Assembly: GCA_947474435.1 (NCBI GenBank)
Contig: CANJII010000015.1
Span: 12,321-76,320, forward strand
Direction of reading: 5' to 3'
Origin: Chitinophagaceae bacterium
GTDB lineage: Bacteria > Bacteroidota > Bacteroidia > Chitinophagales > UBA10324
Length of the DNA stretch: 64,000 bases
The notes under the pieces were generated by a model. That model was not told the DNA's origin. It saw nothing but the letters and a program-made list of their open reading frames with translations, and ran no database searches. Shown here in pieces: positions 1 through 10,000 of the stretch. Position numbers and translations under genes: made by a program. Numbering within the stretch: position 1 is the first letter of the stretch; every line of letters begins with the position of its first letter.

Positions 1-262
1 CCGAAAATGAATCATGCGTGAGAATATCTGCAATGCCGGCAAATCCTTTTTGTACAAATTGATTTTGTGTAATTACAATACCATCGTCCAATGCATAATC
101 ATTCCACAGAGTATTTCCATAAATAATAAAAGTGAAAACGAAAAGCTGCAGCAGATAATATCGATTGCTGCCCGACGATTGATTTTGTGTTTTTGATCCG
201 CTTTTAGCGGTATTCGCATTTGGCAGTTTTTGTTTTACGACTTCTTTCTTTTTGTTAGTCAT
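1..262 (-). CDS. N-terminal fragment of a membrane-anchored TPR/TMTC-like protein (continues past window edge)
   Basis: Minus-strand ATG at 262..260, open to position 1. Hand translation: MTNKKKEVVKQKLPNANTAKSGSKTQNQSSGSNRYYLLQLFVFTFIIYGNTLWNDYALDDGIVITQNQFVQKGFAGIADILTHDSFS. It has a basic N-terminus, a TM helix, then the YGN..N.YALDD motif I associate with Bacteroidota multi-pass TPR proteins. It is absent from the ORF track because it is truncated; ORF 14..196(+) is its antisense shadow. Confidence 0.5.
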   Translation of the reverse strand, partial: MTNKKKEVVKQKLPNANTAKSGSKTQNQSSGSNRYYLLQLFVFTFIIYGNTLWNDYALDDGIVITQNQFVQKGFAGIADILTHDSFS

Positions 263-299
263 AAATTTATTTCAAGTTCTATAGTTATTGAAATCTTTG

Positions 300-371
300 C
301 TGATTCAAATTTCGCACGCAGACACGGAGCACACAGAGAAAATATTTCCGTTAAAAATTCTGATTCAAATT
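300..371. repeat. 12-bp direct repeat (ctgattcaaatt at 300..311 and 360..371) bracketing a 48-bp GC-rich GCAGA/ACAGAG-type insert
   Basis: Read directly from the sequence. The two copies are exactly 60 bp apart. The bracketed segment is tcgcacgcagacacggagcacacagagaaaatatttccgttaaaaatt. Confidence 0.6.
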
Positions 372-376
372 ATTTT

Positions 377-1432
377 CTATCCTCTTTCCCTCTCCAACTC
401 TTTATGCTTAATCGGATTGGCGTGCATTTCAGTATATCCTTTTCGCTGACGATAAATATCAATGCTCATAAAAAGAGCGCTGCGGAATGATTCTTCACCT
501 GCCATGTTTCTTCCTGCTAAATCATATGCAGGGCCGTGGTCGGGCGATGTGCGAATGAAAGGTAAGCCTGCAGTAAAATTTACTCCGCTATCAAAACTGA
601 TAGTTTTAAACGGAACCAATCCCTGATCGTGATACATGGCGAGCACAGCATCGTATTTTTTATATTGATGTCCCCCAAAAAAACCATCGGCACTGAATGG
701 TCCGAAGGTTAAAATGTTTTTTGTTTTCGCTTCGTTAATAGCCGGAATTACTTCAGCATTTTCTTCACCACCAATTAATCCGTTATCACCGTTGTGCGGA
801 TTCAAACCGAGCACTGCAATTTTTGGTTTATCAATTCCGAAATCTTTTTGCAATGATTCTTTCAGCAGTTGTAGTTTTTTCAGAATAATTTCTTTTTTCA
901 CTTTTCCAGCAATTTCATTTACCGGAACATGACCAGATACCAAACCAACTTTTAATTCATCGCTGCACATAATCATCAATGGATTTCCATCGCACTTGCT
1001 CGCCAGATATTCTGTGTGGCCTTTGAATGGAAATTCTTCAGTGGGCATGTTGTGCTTGTTAATTGGCGCAGTAACCATTCCCTGAATTTTTCCTTCCACC
1101 CAATCAAAGGTGCAGGCATTTAAACTTTTGAACGCATACTTCCCTCCTATTGCATTATCAATTCCTAACTGAACATTCACTTCTTCTTCCCAGCAATTAA
1201 TAATGTTTATGGTGTTCGGTTGCAGATTTTCAACTGAAGTGCTTTGCGAATAATTTAAACTTCCGAGATTGATTGCCTTGCGATGAAACGAAACCACTTT
1301 CGCCGAACTGTAAATTACAGGAGTACACAACTCCATAATCCGGTTATCGCTCAATGTCTTCAGAATTATTTCTAACCCTATTCCATTCACATCTCCATTC
1401 GTAATTCCGATAATCGGTTTATGCTCAGCCAT
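377..1432 (-). CDS. pdxA: 4-hydroxythreonine-4-phosphate dehydrogenase
   Basis: 351 aa. PIIGITNGDVNGIGLEI N-terminus, KGHTEYL, LGLNPH and RTSPDHGPAYDLAG motifs are typical of the PdxA family. 8-nt overlap with upstream pepA. Confidence 0.9.
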   Translation of the reverse strand: MAEHKPIIGITNGDVNGIGLEIILKTLSDNRIMELCTPVIYSSAKVVSFHRKAINLGSLNYSQSTSVENLQPNTINIINCWEEEVNVQLGIDNAIGGKYAFKSLNACTFDWVEGKIQGMVTAPINKHNMPTEEFPFKGHTEYLASKCDGNPLMIMCSDELKVGLVSGHVPVNEIAGKVKKEIILKKLQLLKESLQKDFGIDKPKIAVLGLNPHNGDNGLIGGEENAEVIPAINEAKTKNILTFGPFSADGFFGGHQYKKYDAVLAMYHDQGLVPFKTISFDSGVNFTAGLPFIRTSPDHGPAYDLAGRNMAGEESFRSALFMSIDIYRQRKGYTEMHANPIKHKELERERG

Positions 1433-2876
1433 TATTTGTTGTTGCTAATTTTTCTAAGAAACGAAATAACAAACGCACACCAAAAGCCGATGCGTGTTTC
1501 CCTTTATACCCCTGATTGGTTTGAAAGAAGGCGATGCCTGCAATATCGAGATGCAACCAAGGATAGTCTGTAAATTTTTCTAAAAATTTTCCGGCAGTAA
1601 TGTGACCGGCCAATGCGCCACCAACATTTTTCATATCGGCAATATCACTCTTCAGCATTTCTCCATATTCGTCCCACAATGGAAAACCAACTAAGCGCTC
1701 ATACACTTCATGCCCACTTTCTTCGAGCAGGTTTTTATTTGTGGCATCTGCAGTTCCCATGTAAGCAATCGCATGATCACCGAGTGCGCGGTGTGCAGCT
1801 CCGGTGAGTGTAGCCACATCAATCACCAATTGTGGTTTGTATTGTTTAGCCCAAGCCAATGCATCTGCCAGAATCATTCTTCCTTCAGCATCGGAGTTTA
1901 GCATTTCAACTGTGCTGCCATCGTACATGTCAATGATATCGCCGGGTGCAAATGCATTTCCATTCAATCGATTATCGGTTGACGGAACCAAACCAATGAT
2001 GTGCAAAGGCAAACCTGTTTTCGCTGCTATATATAATGCACCGGTGATGGTTGCTGCGCCACCCATGTCGCACTTCATGTAATCCATGCTATTGCCTGTT
2101 GGCTTCAGCGATAAACCACCCGTGTCATACACAACACCCTTACCAACTAACACAATCGGTTGCTTGTTAACCGCATTTGCAGGTTTGTATTCCATGATGC
2201 TGAAAGTTGGCGGGTCAATGCTTCCCTGATTCACAGAGAGCAAGCCACCCATTTTAAGTTCTTCAATTTTCTTTTTGTTGTAAATTGTTGTGGTATATCC
2301 CGCATCTTCTCCAGCTGCTTTAATTGATTCAGCAAGTTGAGTTGCATTTAAATGATTCACCGGTTCATTCACTAAATCGCGAACCAGATAAATTGCATCA
2401 ATGATGGTTTGTAATTTTTTTACTTCTTCTTTCGAAGAATCTTTCACCAATAATTTTATCTCGCGAAGTGTGTTTGCTGTTTTCTTTTCATCCTTTCGAT
2501 ACTTAATGAACTGGTAATTGCTCATGGCTAAACCTTCGCAGAATGGAAAGTGTGCTCCGGCAAATCCGCTTTCGTTTAGGACACAAACAGTTCTTAATTT
2601 ATATCTGTTCGAAATTCCGCAAACAGCATTGCCTGCTTTGCGAATGGCTTCGTTGGTTTTATTAATTTCTTTTTTGTCTTCAGCTATTGAAATCACCACA
2701 GGAACTTTTCCTCCCTGAAGAATAAAATTTTTAATATCTGATTTCAGATTTGATGTAATGATGTTGATGTCATTTCGGTGAATGACTTTTATTTTTTTCC
2801 AGTCTGTTTTCTTTGTGGCAAGCACAACAACTGTATCGGTTTTTGCGGGATTAGCAACAGATGTAAATTTCATCAT
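1425..2876 (-). CDS. pepA: leucyl aminopeptidase, M17 family
   Basis: 483 aa. M17 signature NSDAEGRMILADAL, VGKGVVYDTGGLSLKP, MKCDMGGAA. Confidence 0.9.
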   Translation of the reverse strand: MMKFTSVANPAKTDTVVVLATKKTDWKKIKVIHRNDINIITSNLKSDIKNFILQGGKVPVVISIAEDKKEINKTNEAIRKAGNAVCGISNRYKLRTVCVLNESGFAGAHFPFCEGLAMSNYQFIKYRKDEKKTANTLREIKLLVKDSSKEEVKKLQTIIDAIYLVRDLVNEPVNHLNATQLAESIKAAGEDAGYTTTIYNKKKIEELKMGGLLSVNQGSIDPPTFSIMEYKPANAVNKQPIVLVGKGVVYDTGGLSLKPTGNSMDYMKCDMGGAATITGALYIAAKTGLPLHIIGLVPSTDNRLNGNAFAPGDIIDMYDGSTVEMLNSDAEGRMILADALAWAKQYKPQLVIDVATLTGAAHRALGDHAIAYMGTADATNKNLLEESGHEVYERLVGFPLWDEYGEMLKSDIADMKNVGGALAGHITAGKFLEKFTDYPWLHLDIAGIAFFQTNQGYKGKHASAFGVRLLFRFLEKLATTNNG

Positions 2877-3081
2877 GTAAATGTGTTAGGCTGGCAAAAG
2901 TAAAAGTAAAATTGAGATGTACAGGTTAGCGTTTTTTGCAACCTAAAAATGGCAGCCTGACTTACTTCTCTTATAGCACTTTATGACAATTCTACTTTTA
3001 TTTTTCTTAATAAAAACCTAAGACACTTATCATGTTTTGAAAACTGACAGTCAGTTAGATTTGCACTTTCGTAAAAACAGA

Positions 3082-4116
3082 ATGAAAAACAACACGAAAT
3101 ATTTTGAGCAGCTTGGCATTATGACTTCGGCAGTGAATGAAAAACAACACGACTCGCTGCAAGCAATGATTACTGAGATACGGAAATTAAAAAAAGAAAA
3201 GAACGCAAAAATTTTATCGCACTACTACATGCCCGCCAGCATTCAGATTACAGAAGAGCTGGGTGGCATTGCTGATTTTACGGGTGATTCATTGGGGCTG
3301 AGTGTGAATGCGATGAATGTGAGCGCCGACCATATTATTTTTTGCGGCGTTAAGTTCATGGCTGAAACCGCCAAGATATTGAACTCATCGAAAAACATTT
3401 TGCTGCCCGATATGCATGCTGGTTGTTCGCTCGCTTCGAGTATTACAGGGAAGGATGTGATTGAACTGAAACGGCAACATCCGGGTGTACCGGTAATTGC
3501 TTACATAAATACTTATGCCGAAACAAAGGCGGAAGTGGATGTGTGCTGCACATCGCGCAACGCGCTGAAGATTGCCAAATCGTTTAAAGAAGATAAACTG
3601 ATTTTTGTGCCCGATGAATTTATGGGGCGCAATCTGCGCTCAGTGATAACGCGCGAAACCGGAAAGGAAATGATTTTGTGGAGCGGCAAGTGCGAGGTGC
3701 ACGAACAGTTTAATAAGCGAATGATTGATTCGTACACGCTTGAATATCCGGAGGCAGAAGTGCTGGTGCATTGGGAAGTGCCCGATGAAGCGGTGAACAG
3801 TTCACTGAAAATACGCAAAGGAATTGTTGGCAGCACATTGGATATTTTAAATTATGTGGGGAAGAGTAATGCGCAACAATTTATTCTCGGTTCGGAATGC
3901 GACCTGGGCGCCACGCTGAAAGGAATGTATCGCGATAAAGAATTTGTGACTCCGTGCATTAGCTGTCCGCACATGAAAACAATTACGATGGAAAATACAT
4001 TGGAGGCATTGCGCGCCATCGGAACCGCCGACGAAGAAAAATATTTAGTTGATGTTCCGGAACCAATACTGAGCCGGGCATATATTCCCATCAAGCGCAT
4101 GATAGACCTTTCGTGA
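3082..4116 (+). CDS. nadA: quinolinate synthase
   Basis: KKEKNAKILSHYY, KFMAETAKIL, and conserved Cys in GCSLA / CEVH / CPHMK contexts. The ORF opens at TTG 3037, but ATG 3082 (MKNNTKYFEQLG) gives the N-terminal length usual for NadA. Confidence 0.88.
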   Translation: MKNNTKYFEQLGIMTSAVNEKQHDSLQAMITEIRKLKKEKNAKILSHYYMPASIQITEELGGIADFTGDSLGLSVNAMNVSADHIIFCGVKFMAETAKILNSSKNILLPDMHAGCSLASSITGKDVIELKRQHPGVPVIAYINTYAETKAEVDVCCTSRNALKIAKSFKEDKLIFVPDEFMGRNLRSVITRETGKEMILWSGKCEVHEQFNKRMIDSYTLEYPEAEVLVHWEVPDEAVNSSLKIRKGIVGSTLDILNYVGKSNAQQFILGSECDLGATLKGMYRDKEFVTPCISCPHMKTITMENTLEALRAIGTADEEKYLVDVPEPILSRAYIPIKRMIDLS

Positions 4117-4119
4117 TTG

Positions 4120-5718
4120 ATGGCCATGATTAATAAATATGATTTTATAGTGATTGGCAGTGGCATAGCCGGGCTCACCTTCGCGTTGAAGGTGGCGAAG
4201 CATGGAACAGTTGCCATTGTTACAAAAAAAGAAGACCGCGAATCGAACACCAATTATGCACAAGGTGGCATTGCATCGGTGCTAAGCAACACCGATAGTA
4301 TTGATTCGCACATCAGCGATACATTGATTGCAGGTGCAGGATTGTGTCATGAAGATGCAGTGCGCATGATGGTGATGGAAGGAAAAAGTTGTATTGATGA
4401 ACTGATAAAATTCGGAGTGGAGTTTTCAAAGAATGAAGCTGGCGCATTGGAGCTCGGAATGGAAGGAGGTCATTCGCAGAACAGAATTATTCATGCAAAA
4501 GATTTTACAGGAAAAGAAATTGAACGCGCTCTGATAAAAGCCACGAAGGAAAATAAATCAATCACTGTTTTTGAAAATCACATTGCGATTGATTTATTAG
4601 TGAGTGAAGAAACCGCCGGAGAAAAAACCTGCGATGGTGTATGGGTATTCAATTCGAAAACAGAAACCAAAAAATTATTTACAGGAAAGTGCGTGATGCT
4701 TTGCAGTGGTGGAGTCGGTAATGTATTTCAGCACACCACCAATCCTGCTATTGCAACGGGCGATGGAATTGCTATGGCATACCGAGCGGGTGCAAAGGTG
4801 GCGAATATGGAGTTCGTTCAGTTTCATCCCACATCGCTTTACGCTCCTGATGCAAATTCATTTTTAATAAGTGAAGCGTTGCGTGGATTTGGCGGTGTAT
4901 TGAAGTTGAAAGATGGAAGCACCTTCATGGAAAAATATCATCCGCTGAAATCATTGGCGCCGCGCGATATTGTTGCACGGGCCATTGAAAAGGAAATGAA
5001 ACTCAATAATGAACCTTGTGTTTATCTGGATGCAACTCATCTTGTTAGTGAAAAACTGAAACAGGAGTTTCCTAATATTTATAATCAGTGTTTGAAATTC
5101 GGAATTGATATTACGAAAGAAATGATTCCGGTTGTTCCGGCGGCGCATTACATGTGCGGTGGAATTGTGACGGATAAAAATGCACACACTTCAATCAGGC
5201 GATTGTATGCGAGTGGTGAATGTGCGTGCACCGGAGTTCATGGCGCAAACCGATTAGCAAGTAATTCGTTATTGGAAGCAGTAGTGTATTCGAGAAACGC
5301 TGCTGCTGATGTGGTTTTGCTGGAAGATAATTTGTTCGCATTTACTCCATCTATAGAGGATGAACATTCGAAAACAAAATCAAATTTCAATTTATCGAAG
5401 CTTTCAATAATAAAATCTTCAATTCAAAAAACAATGACTCAGTATGTTGGTATTGTGAGAAACAATATTGGATTGCAAACTGCTCTTGAAAAAATTTCAG
5501 TATTAAAAAATGAAGCTGAAGAAATTTTTAAAAACAATCCACTCAGTTACGAAACCATTGAACTTCGACACTTTGCATTAACTGCAAAACTTATTGTTGA
5601 ATTTGCTATCCAACGAAAAGAAAGTCGTGGCTTGCATTACAATATTGATTACCCCGAAACAATGGAATCATGGAAACATGATTCGGTAATTGAAATTCAA
5701 AAACGAATAATAGAATAA
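4120..5718 (+). CDS. nadB: L-aspartate oxidase
   Basis: FAD fold DFIVIGSGIAGL, NTNYAQGGIA, FHPT, PRDIVARAI, CTGVHGANRLASNSLLE. Starts 4 nt after the nadA stop (ATG 4120; TTG 4117 in the track). Confidence 0.9.
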   Translation: MAMINKYDFIVIGSGIAGLTFALKVAKHGTVAIVTKKEDRESNTNYAQGGIASVLSNTDSIDSHISDTLIAGAGLCHEDAVRMMVMEGKSCIDELIKFGVEFSKNEAGALELGMEGGHSQNRIIHAKDFTGKEIERALIKATKENKSITVFENHIAIDLLVSEETAGEKTCDGVWVFNSKTETKKLFTGKCVMLCSGGVGNVFQHTTNPAIATGDGIAMAYRAGAKVANMEFVQFHPTSLYAPDANSFLISEALRGFGGVLKLKDGSTFMEKYHPLKSLAPRDIVARAIEKEMKLNNEPCVYLDATHLVSEKLKQEFPNIYNQCLKFGIDITKEMIPVVPAAHYMCGGIVTDKNAHTSIRRLYASGECACTGVHGANRLASNSLLEAVVYSRNAAADVVLLEDNLFAFTPSIEDEHSKTKSNFNLSKLSIIKSSIQKTMTQYVGIVRNNIGLQTALEKISVLKNEAEEIFKNNPLSYETIELRHFALTAKLIVEFAIQRKESRGLHYNIDYPETMESWKHDSVIEIQKRIIE

Positions 5719-5876
5719 CGGAGTTTTGAAATTTATTCAGAAAATGAATTGTACTTTTTCAACCCATAGAATTTCCCGCTCAGCCGCCTTTCAATTGATT
5801 TACGCAACCAATTTTTCAAATTTGAATCATCTTAATAAGTAAAGAATCTTGAGTTGCCAAAACTGAAAACACAAAA

Positions 5877-6263
5877 GTGAAACGCGCATTTGCCATATTT
5901 CTTCTTTCCCTTTATCTCTTCTCAGGAGTTAAGTTAAACGAATTGATGAAAATCAATGTTGTGGTTAATCACTTTGCCGAACACAAACGACTTGATCATT
6001 CAATTACAGTATATCAGTTTCTGGTGATGCATTATGTAACTGACGATAAAAATCCAAACGATAATAAACGCGATATGGAGTTGCCATTCAGGTCATCCGG
6101 CAATTCTACATCATCCGGTGTTTCGTCCTTTCTGTTAACTTATCAGGTTGATTTGTTAAATAATAATTTTATTCAAAAGCATTGCGAAGAAATTCCAACT
6201 GCTGATTCAGATTTTATCAGTCATTATTTCGCCAGCATCTGGCAACCTCCTCAGTTGGTTTAA
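5877..6263 (+). CDS. hypothetical small secreted/membrane protein
   Basis: 128 aa with a GTG start. Hydrophobic N-terminus MKRAFAIFLLSLYLFSG; His-containing segment HFAEHKRLDH...MHYVTDD. No family recognised with certainty. Confidence 0.45.
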   Translation: MKRAFAIFLLSLYLFSGVKLNELMKINVVVNHFAEHKRLDHSITVYQFLVMHYVTDDKNPNDNKRDMELPFRSSGNSTSSGVSSFLLTYQVDLLNNNFIQKHCEEIPTADSDFISHYFASIWQPPQLV

Positions 6264-6478
6264 TTCATTTTCTGCCTGCATTTATTCTGGCAGATGGTTG
6301 TTAGTTGAAAACAACCACTTTCACTAACAACAAATTTTTTATCAGGATTAATGGTGTAACAGTGTTGCATTAATAATTCTGCTGAAACAATTTTTTACAA
6401 AATTCTTTTTCCGGGCAACAATTTCAATTGACATTCTATATTAAAATTTATTCAATCAACCATACTAAAAATCAACTC

Positions 6479-6913
6479 ATGAAAACCACAGCAAAACTTT
6501 TAGCATTAGCAATCATTGTTCTGATTGCAATCAATTCTTGTAAGAAAGAAGACAACACAACAATTAATTCCAATGCAAACATTGCGACCAACGCGCAACA
6601 AGGTTCCTGGAAAATTACTTACTACAGCAGTAATGGAACAGATGAAACCAACCATTACACCGGTTATACTTTTCAATTTAATTCAGGCGGTACAATAGCA
6701 GCAACAAATTCAAGCGGTACAGTATCCGGAACATGGTCAAACGGAAATGATGACTCACAGGTGAAATTTATTTTAAACTTCGGAACAATAACACCTTTCG
6801 AAGAACTGAATAACGACTGGCATGTAACACAACAAAGCTCTTCCATCATAAAACTGGAAGATGTAAGTGGCGGAAATGGTGGAACTGATTTACTCACCTT
6901 CGAAAAAATCTGA
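6479..6913 (+). CDS. hypothetical lipoprotein
   Basis: The internal ATG 6479 gives MKTTAKLLALAIIVLIAINSCKKE, a signal peptide plus lipobox Cys. The longer TTG-start version (6428) adds no recognisable signal. Confidence 0.6.
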   Translation: MKTTAKLLALAIIVLIAINSCKKEDNTTINSNANIATNAQQGSWKITYYSSNGTDETNHYTGYTFQFNSGGTIAATNSSGTVSGTWSNGNDDSQVKFILNFGTITPFEELNNDWHVTQQSSSIIKLEDVSGGNGGTDLLTFEKI

Positions 6914-7045
6914 TTTTAAAATCTCTTGTCACAATTTCAAAACTGACTCAAATCATTTCCATTCTGAATAAAAAAACTAAGTTTTGAATCAACTAAAAAT
7001 TTGAACTGAAAACCTGCAAGCAATAACAATAAAAAAATTAAAATC

Positions 7046-10000
7046 GTGTATAATAATCACCGCTGTTACCCTCCCATAAAATTATTTTTCGTTCTCTTAA
7101 TCTTTTTTTCAATAACGAGTCATGCTCAGCTGAAAAAATCGTTTGTTTCAGAAGACATTTTTCAAACCAACTATTTTATTGAAAACAAAGGTCAGTTCAA
7201 TGAGTATGGCGATGACAAATCAACAGTACTTTATGGTATAGAAAATAATGGCGAACATATTTATTTCAGCCAAAACGGATTGATATGGCATCTGTCGAAA
7301 AGAAATAAATTGGAACATTTAGAAAGTGAAAATGAAGAAGAGCGGGAAGCTGAGGAGATAAAAAACAGCAAGTTGTTTGAAACAGATGTTACGCTTCAAT
7401 GGTTAAATTCAAATTCGGATTGCATCATTCAACCGGAAGAAAAAAGTTTTCATTACTTCACCTACGGAGAAGCGAAGTATAACAGTCATGGATATAAAAA
7501 AATTACCTATATCAATCTCTATCCTCAAATTGATGTCACATACATTGTACCTGATGAAGGTGGAATAAAATACAGTTTGATACTTCACGAAGGTGCTGAT
7601 ATCAGCAAAGTGTCTTTTAAATATTCAGGTGATAAAGTGAAAGTTGATTTAACAGGTGATTCACTTTTTATTCGAAATAAAGTTTGTGATTTAACAGAGC
7701 GAAGACTTAAAGTTTTTTATGAAGACGGAACACCAATTCAATGTAAATTCAATGCAGAAAAAAATATTGTTTCATTTCATTTCAATGAGCAGGTTGATCA
7801 ATCCAGAAAAATTATTGTTGATCCGTGGGTCACTCCAATCACAACGCTAACTGTTACACAAGGAGGTGGAAACAACAAAGGATATGATGTTGATTTTGAT
7901 TATCAGGGTAACTTGTATGTTTATGGAGCTGGCTATTTAAGTTATAGTGGGTTAGAAGAAAATGAAAAAGTTGCCAAGTACTCCACCAATGGAACTTTAC
8001 TTTGGACATTCAGTGGAAGCATCATTTCTCCTGCATGGGAATCGAAAGGCGGAATAGGTGCCATGGGAAATTTTGTGGTTGAAAAACTGACCGGAAGTTT
8101 TTATGTAGGTCAGGGGGCTGATTTGATAAATGGTTCTATCATTGTTCGGTTAAATACCAATGGTGTTTACGATAATTTTATTTCTCCTATCAACCCAAAT
8201 TTCAACGAAATATGGGAAATGAATCTGGACTGCACCAATGGAAATATTCTCGGTATGGGTGGCGGTACACAGGGAAATATTAATATGGGAGTCATTACAA
8301 CGGCAGGGGTTTTCAGCTCAGCTAATGTTACAGGATTCGCTTCTTCCTATCAGGATATTGCAAGTTCAACCATCACTAATGATGGAGAATTATTCGTGCT
8401 CATGGCATCAGTTAGTACATGGCAACTCGACAATGCCATACTAAAATTAAATTCAACGCTCAATGGAAATTTCTGGATTGCACCAACCGGATTTTATTCT
8501 CTTGCTGAAGCTGATAACAAACCTTATGTTGGATACGGATGTTCAAATGGTTTAAATGCATTGCATGCAAACAGTCAATATTTATTTTACTACGATGGCT
8601 ACAACATTGCTGCCTATGATAAAAATACCGGAGCACCTGTTGGAACCAGCGACAGCATACCCGGTAACACTTTAAAATTTCAAGGCGGTATTTATGCTGA
8701 TGAATGCAATAATATTTATGTGGGTGGAAATAACGGCAACCTGAAAGTGTTTCATTTTAACGGAACACTTTTTACACCACTAACTGATATTGTATTGCCA
8801 GGAATGATTGGCAAACATATTTATGATATCAAGTACAACAGCGGAAACGATTTATTATTTATCAGTGGAGAAGAATTAGTTGCTACAGCATCACGGAATC
8901 AGGTATGCATTGACACCAGTTTGCAATTATCATTATTCAATGATTGTTCAATGAGTGTTATAAATATTCTGAATGGCGACCCAAGTGCTCAATACACTTT
9001 TATATGGACTGATAGCACTGCAAATATTGTGTTGCAAAATCATGCTAATCTTTCTGTTTTCAGCGACACTTTAAATTCATTTATCGCCGGTCATGTAATT
9101 CATGTATTGGTAATAAAGAATGCATTGTGCGGAGGAGCCAATCAGGATGTAAGTTTTATCGCATCGAATCAATTGCAGATTAGTGCCAATCCTACAATTT
9201 GTGCTGGTCAGAGTTATGTATTTAATGGTCATACTTATACTGCAACAGGTGTTTACCTCGATACTTTATTGAATGCTTCGGGTTGCGATACCATTGTCAC
9301 AACATCGTTGACTGTAGTAACTTCCAGTACCAGTTCACAAAACATAACTGTTTGTAACGGACAAAGTTTCACCATCAACGGACACACTTATAATACAACA
9401 GGAACTTATATGGATTCATTGATCAGTACATTTGGTTGCGATAGTATTGTAACTACACAATTGACTGTGTTGCCAATCATCAATGTGAATCTTGGAAACG
9501 ATACAGTTTTATGTAACGGGCAATCAGTAATACTCGATGCAGGAAATCCAGGTCAAAATTATTTGTGGAATTCCAATGCAACCACGCAAACAATTACAGT
9601 AAACACCGCCGGAATTTATTGGGTGCAAGTTGGAGCTGGTAATTGCATTGTAACCGACTCGATTCAGATTTCATCATCCACATCAATACTCAATCTAGGA
9701 AATGATACAACCATTTGCACCGGACAAACTGTTACGCTGAATGCAGGAAATGCAGGAAGCACTTATCTGTGGTCAACAACAGCTGCTACTCAAACAATAA
9801 GTGTAAATACAGCAGGGAATTATGCGGTTACAGTTACCAATGTTTGTGGAATTCAAAATGATGTAATTACTGTTTCTGTTTCCAGTCTTCCTGTTATGAT
9901 TTTTGGAAACGATACAAATTTCTGCAGCAATTTTAATTTAACACTGAACGCAGGAAATGCCGGAGCAACTTATTTGTGGAACAACGGAACCAATCAGCAA

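Noticed and set aside
14-196. A 60-aa plus-strand ORF at the window start.
   Set aside because: It is the antisense shadow of the better-supported minus-strand N-terminal fragment (262..1), which has a TM helix and a family-typical motif.
2877-3081. Possible NAD+ riboswitch or other leader upstream of nadA.
   Set aside because: I could not find the paired-stem architecture or conserved core of known NAD-class riboswitches. The spacer is AT-rich without convincing structure.
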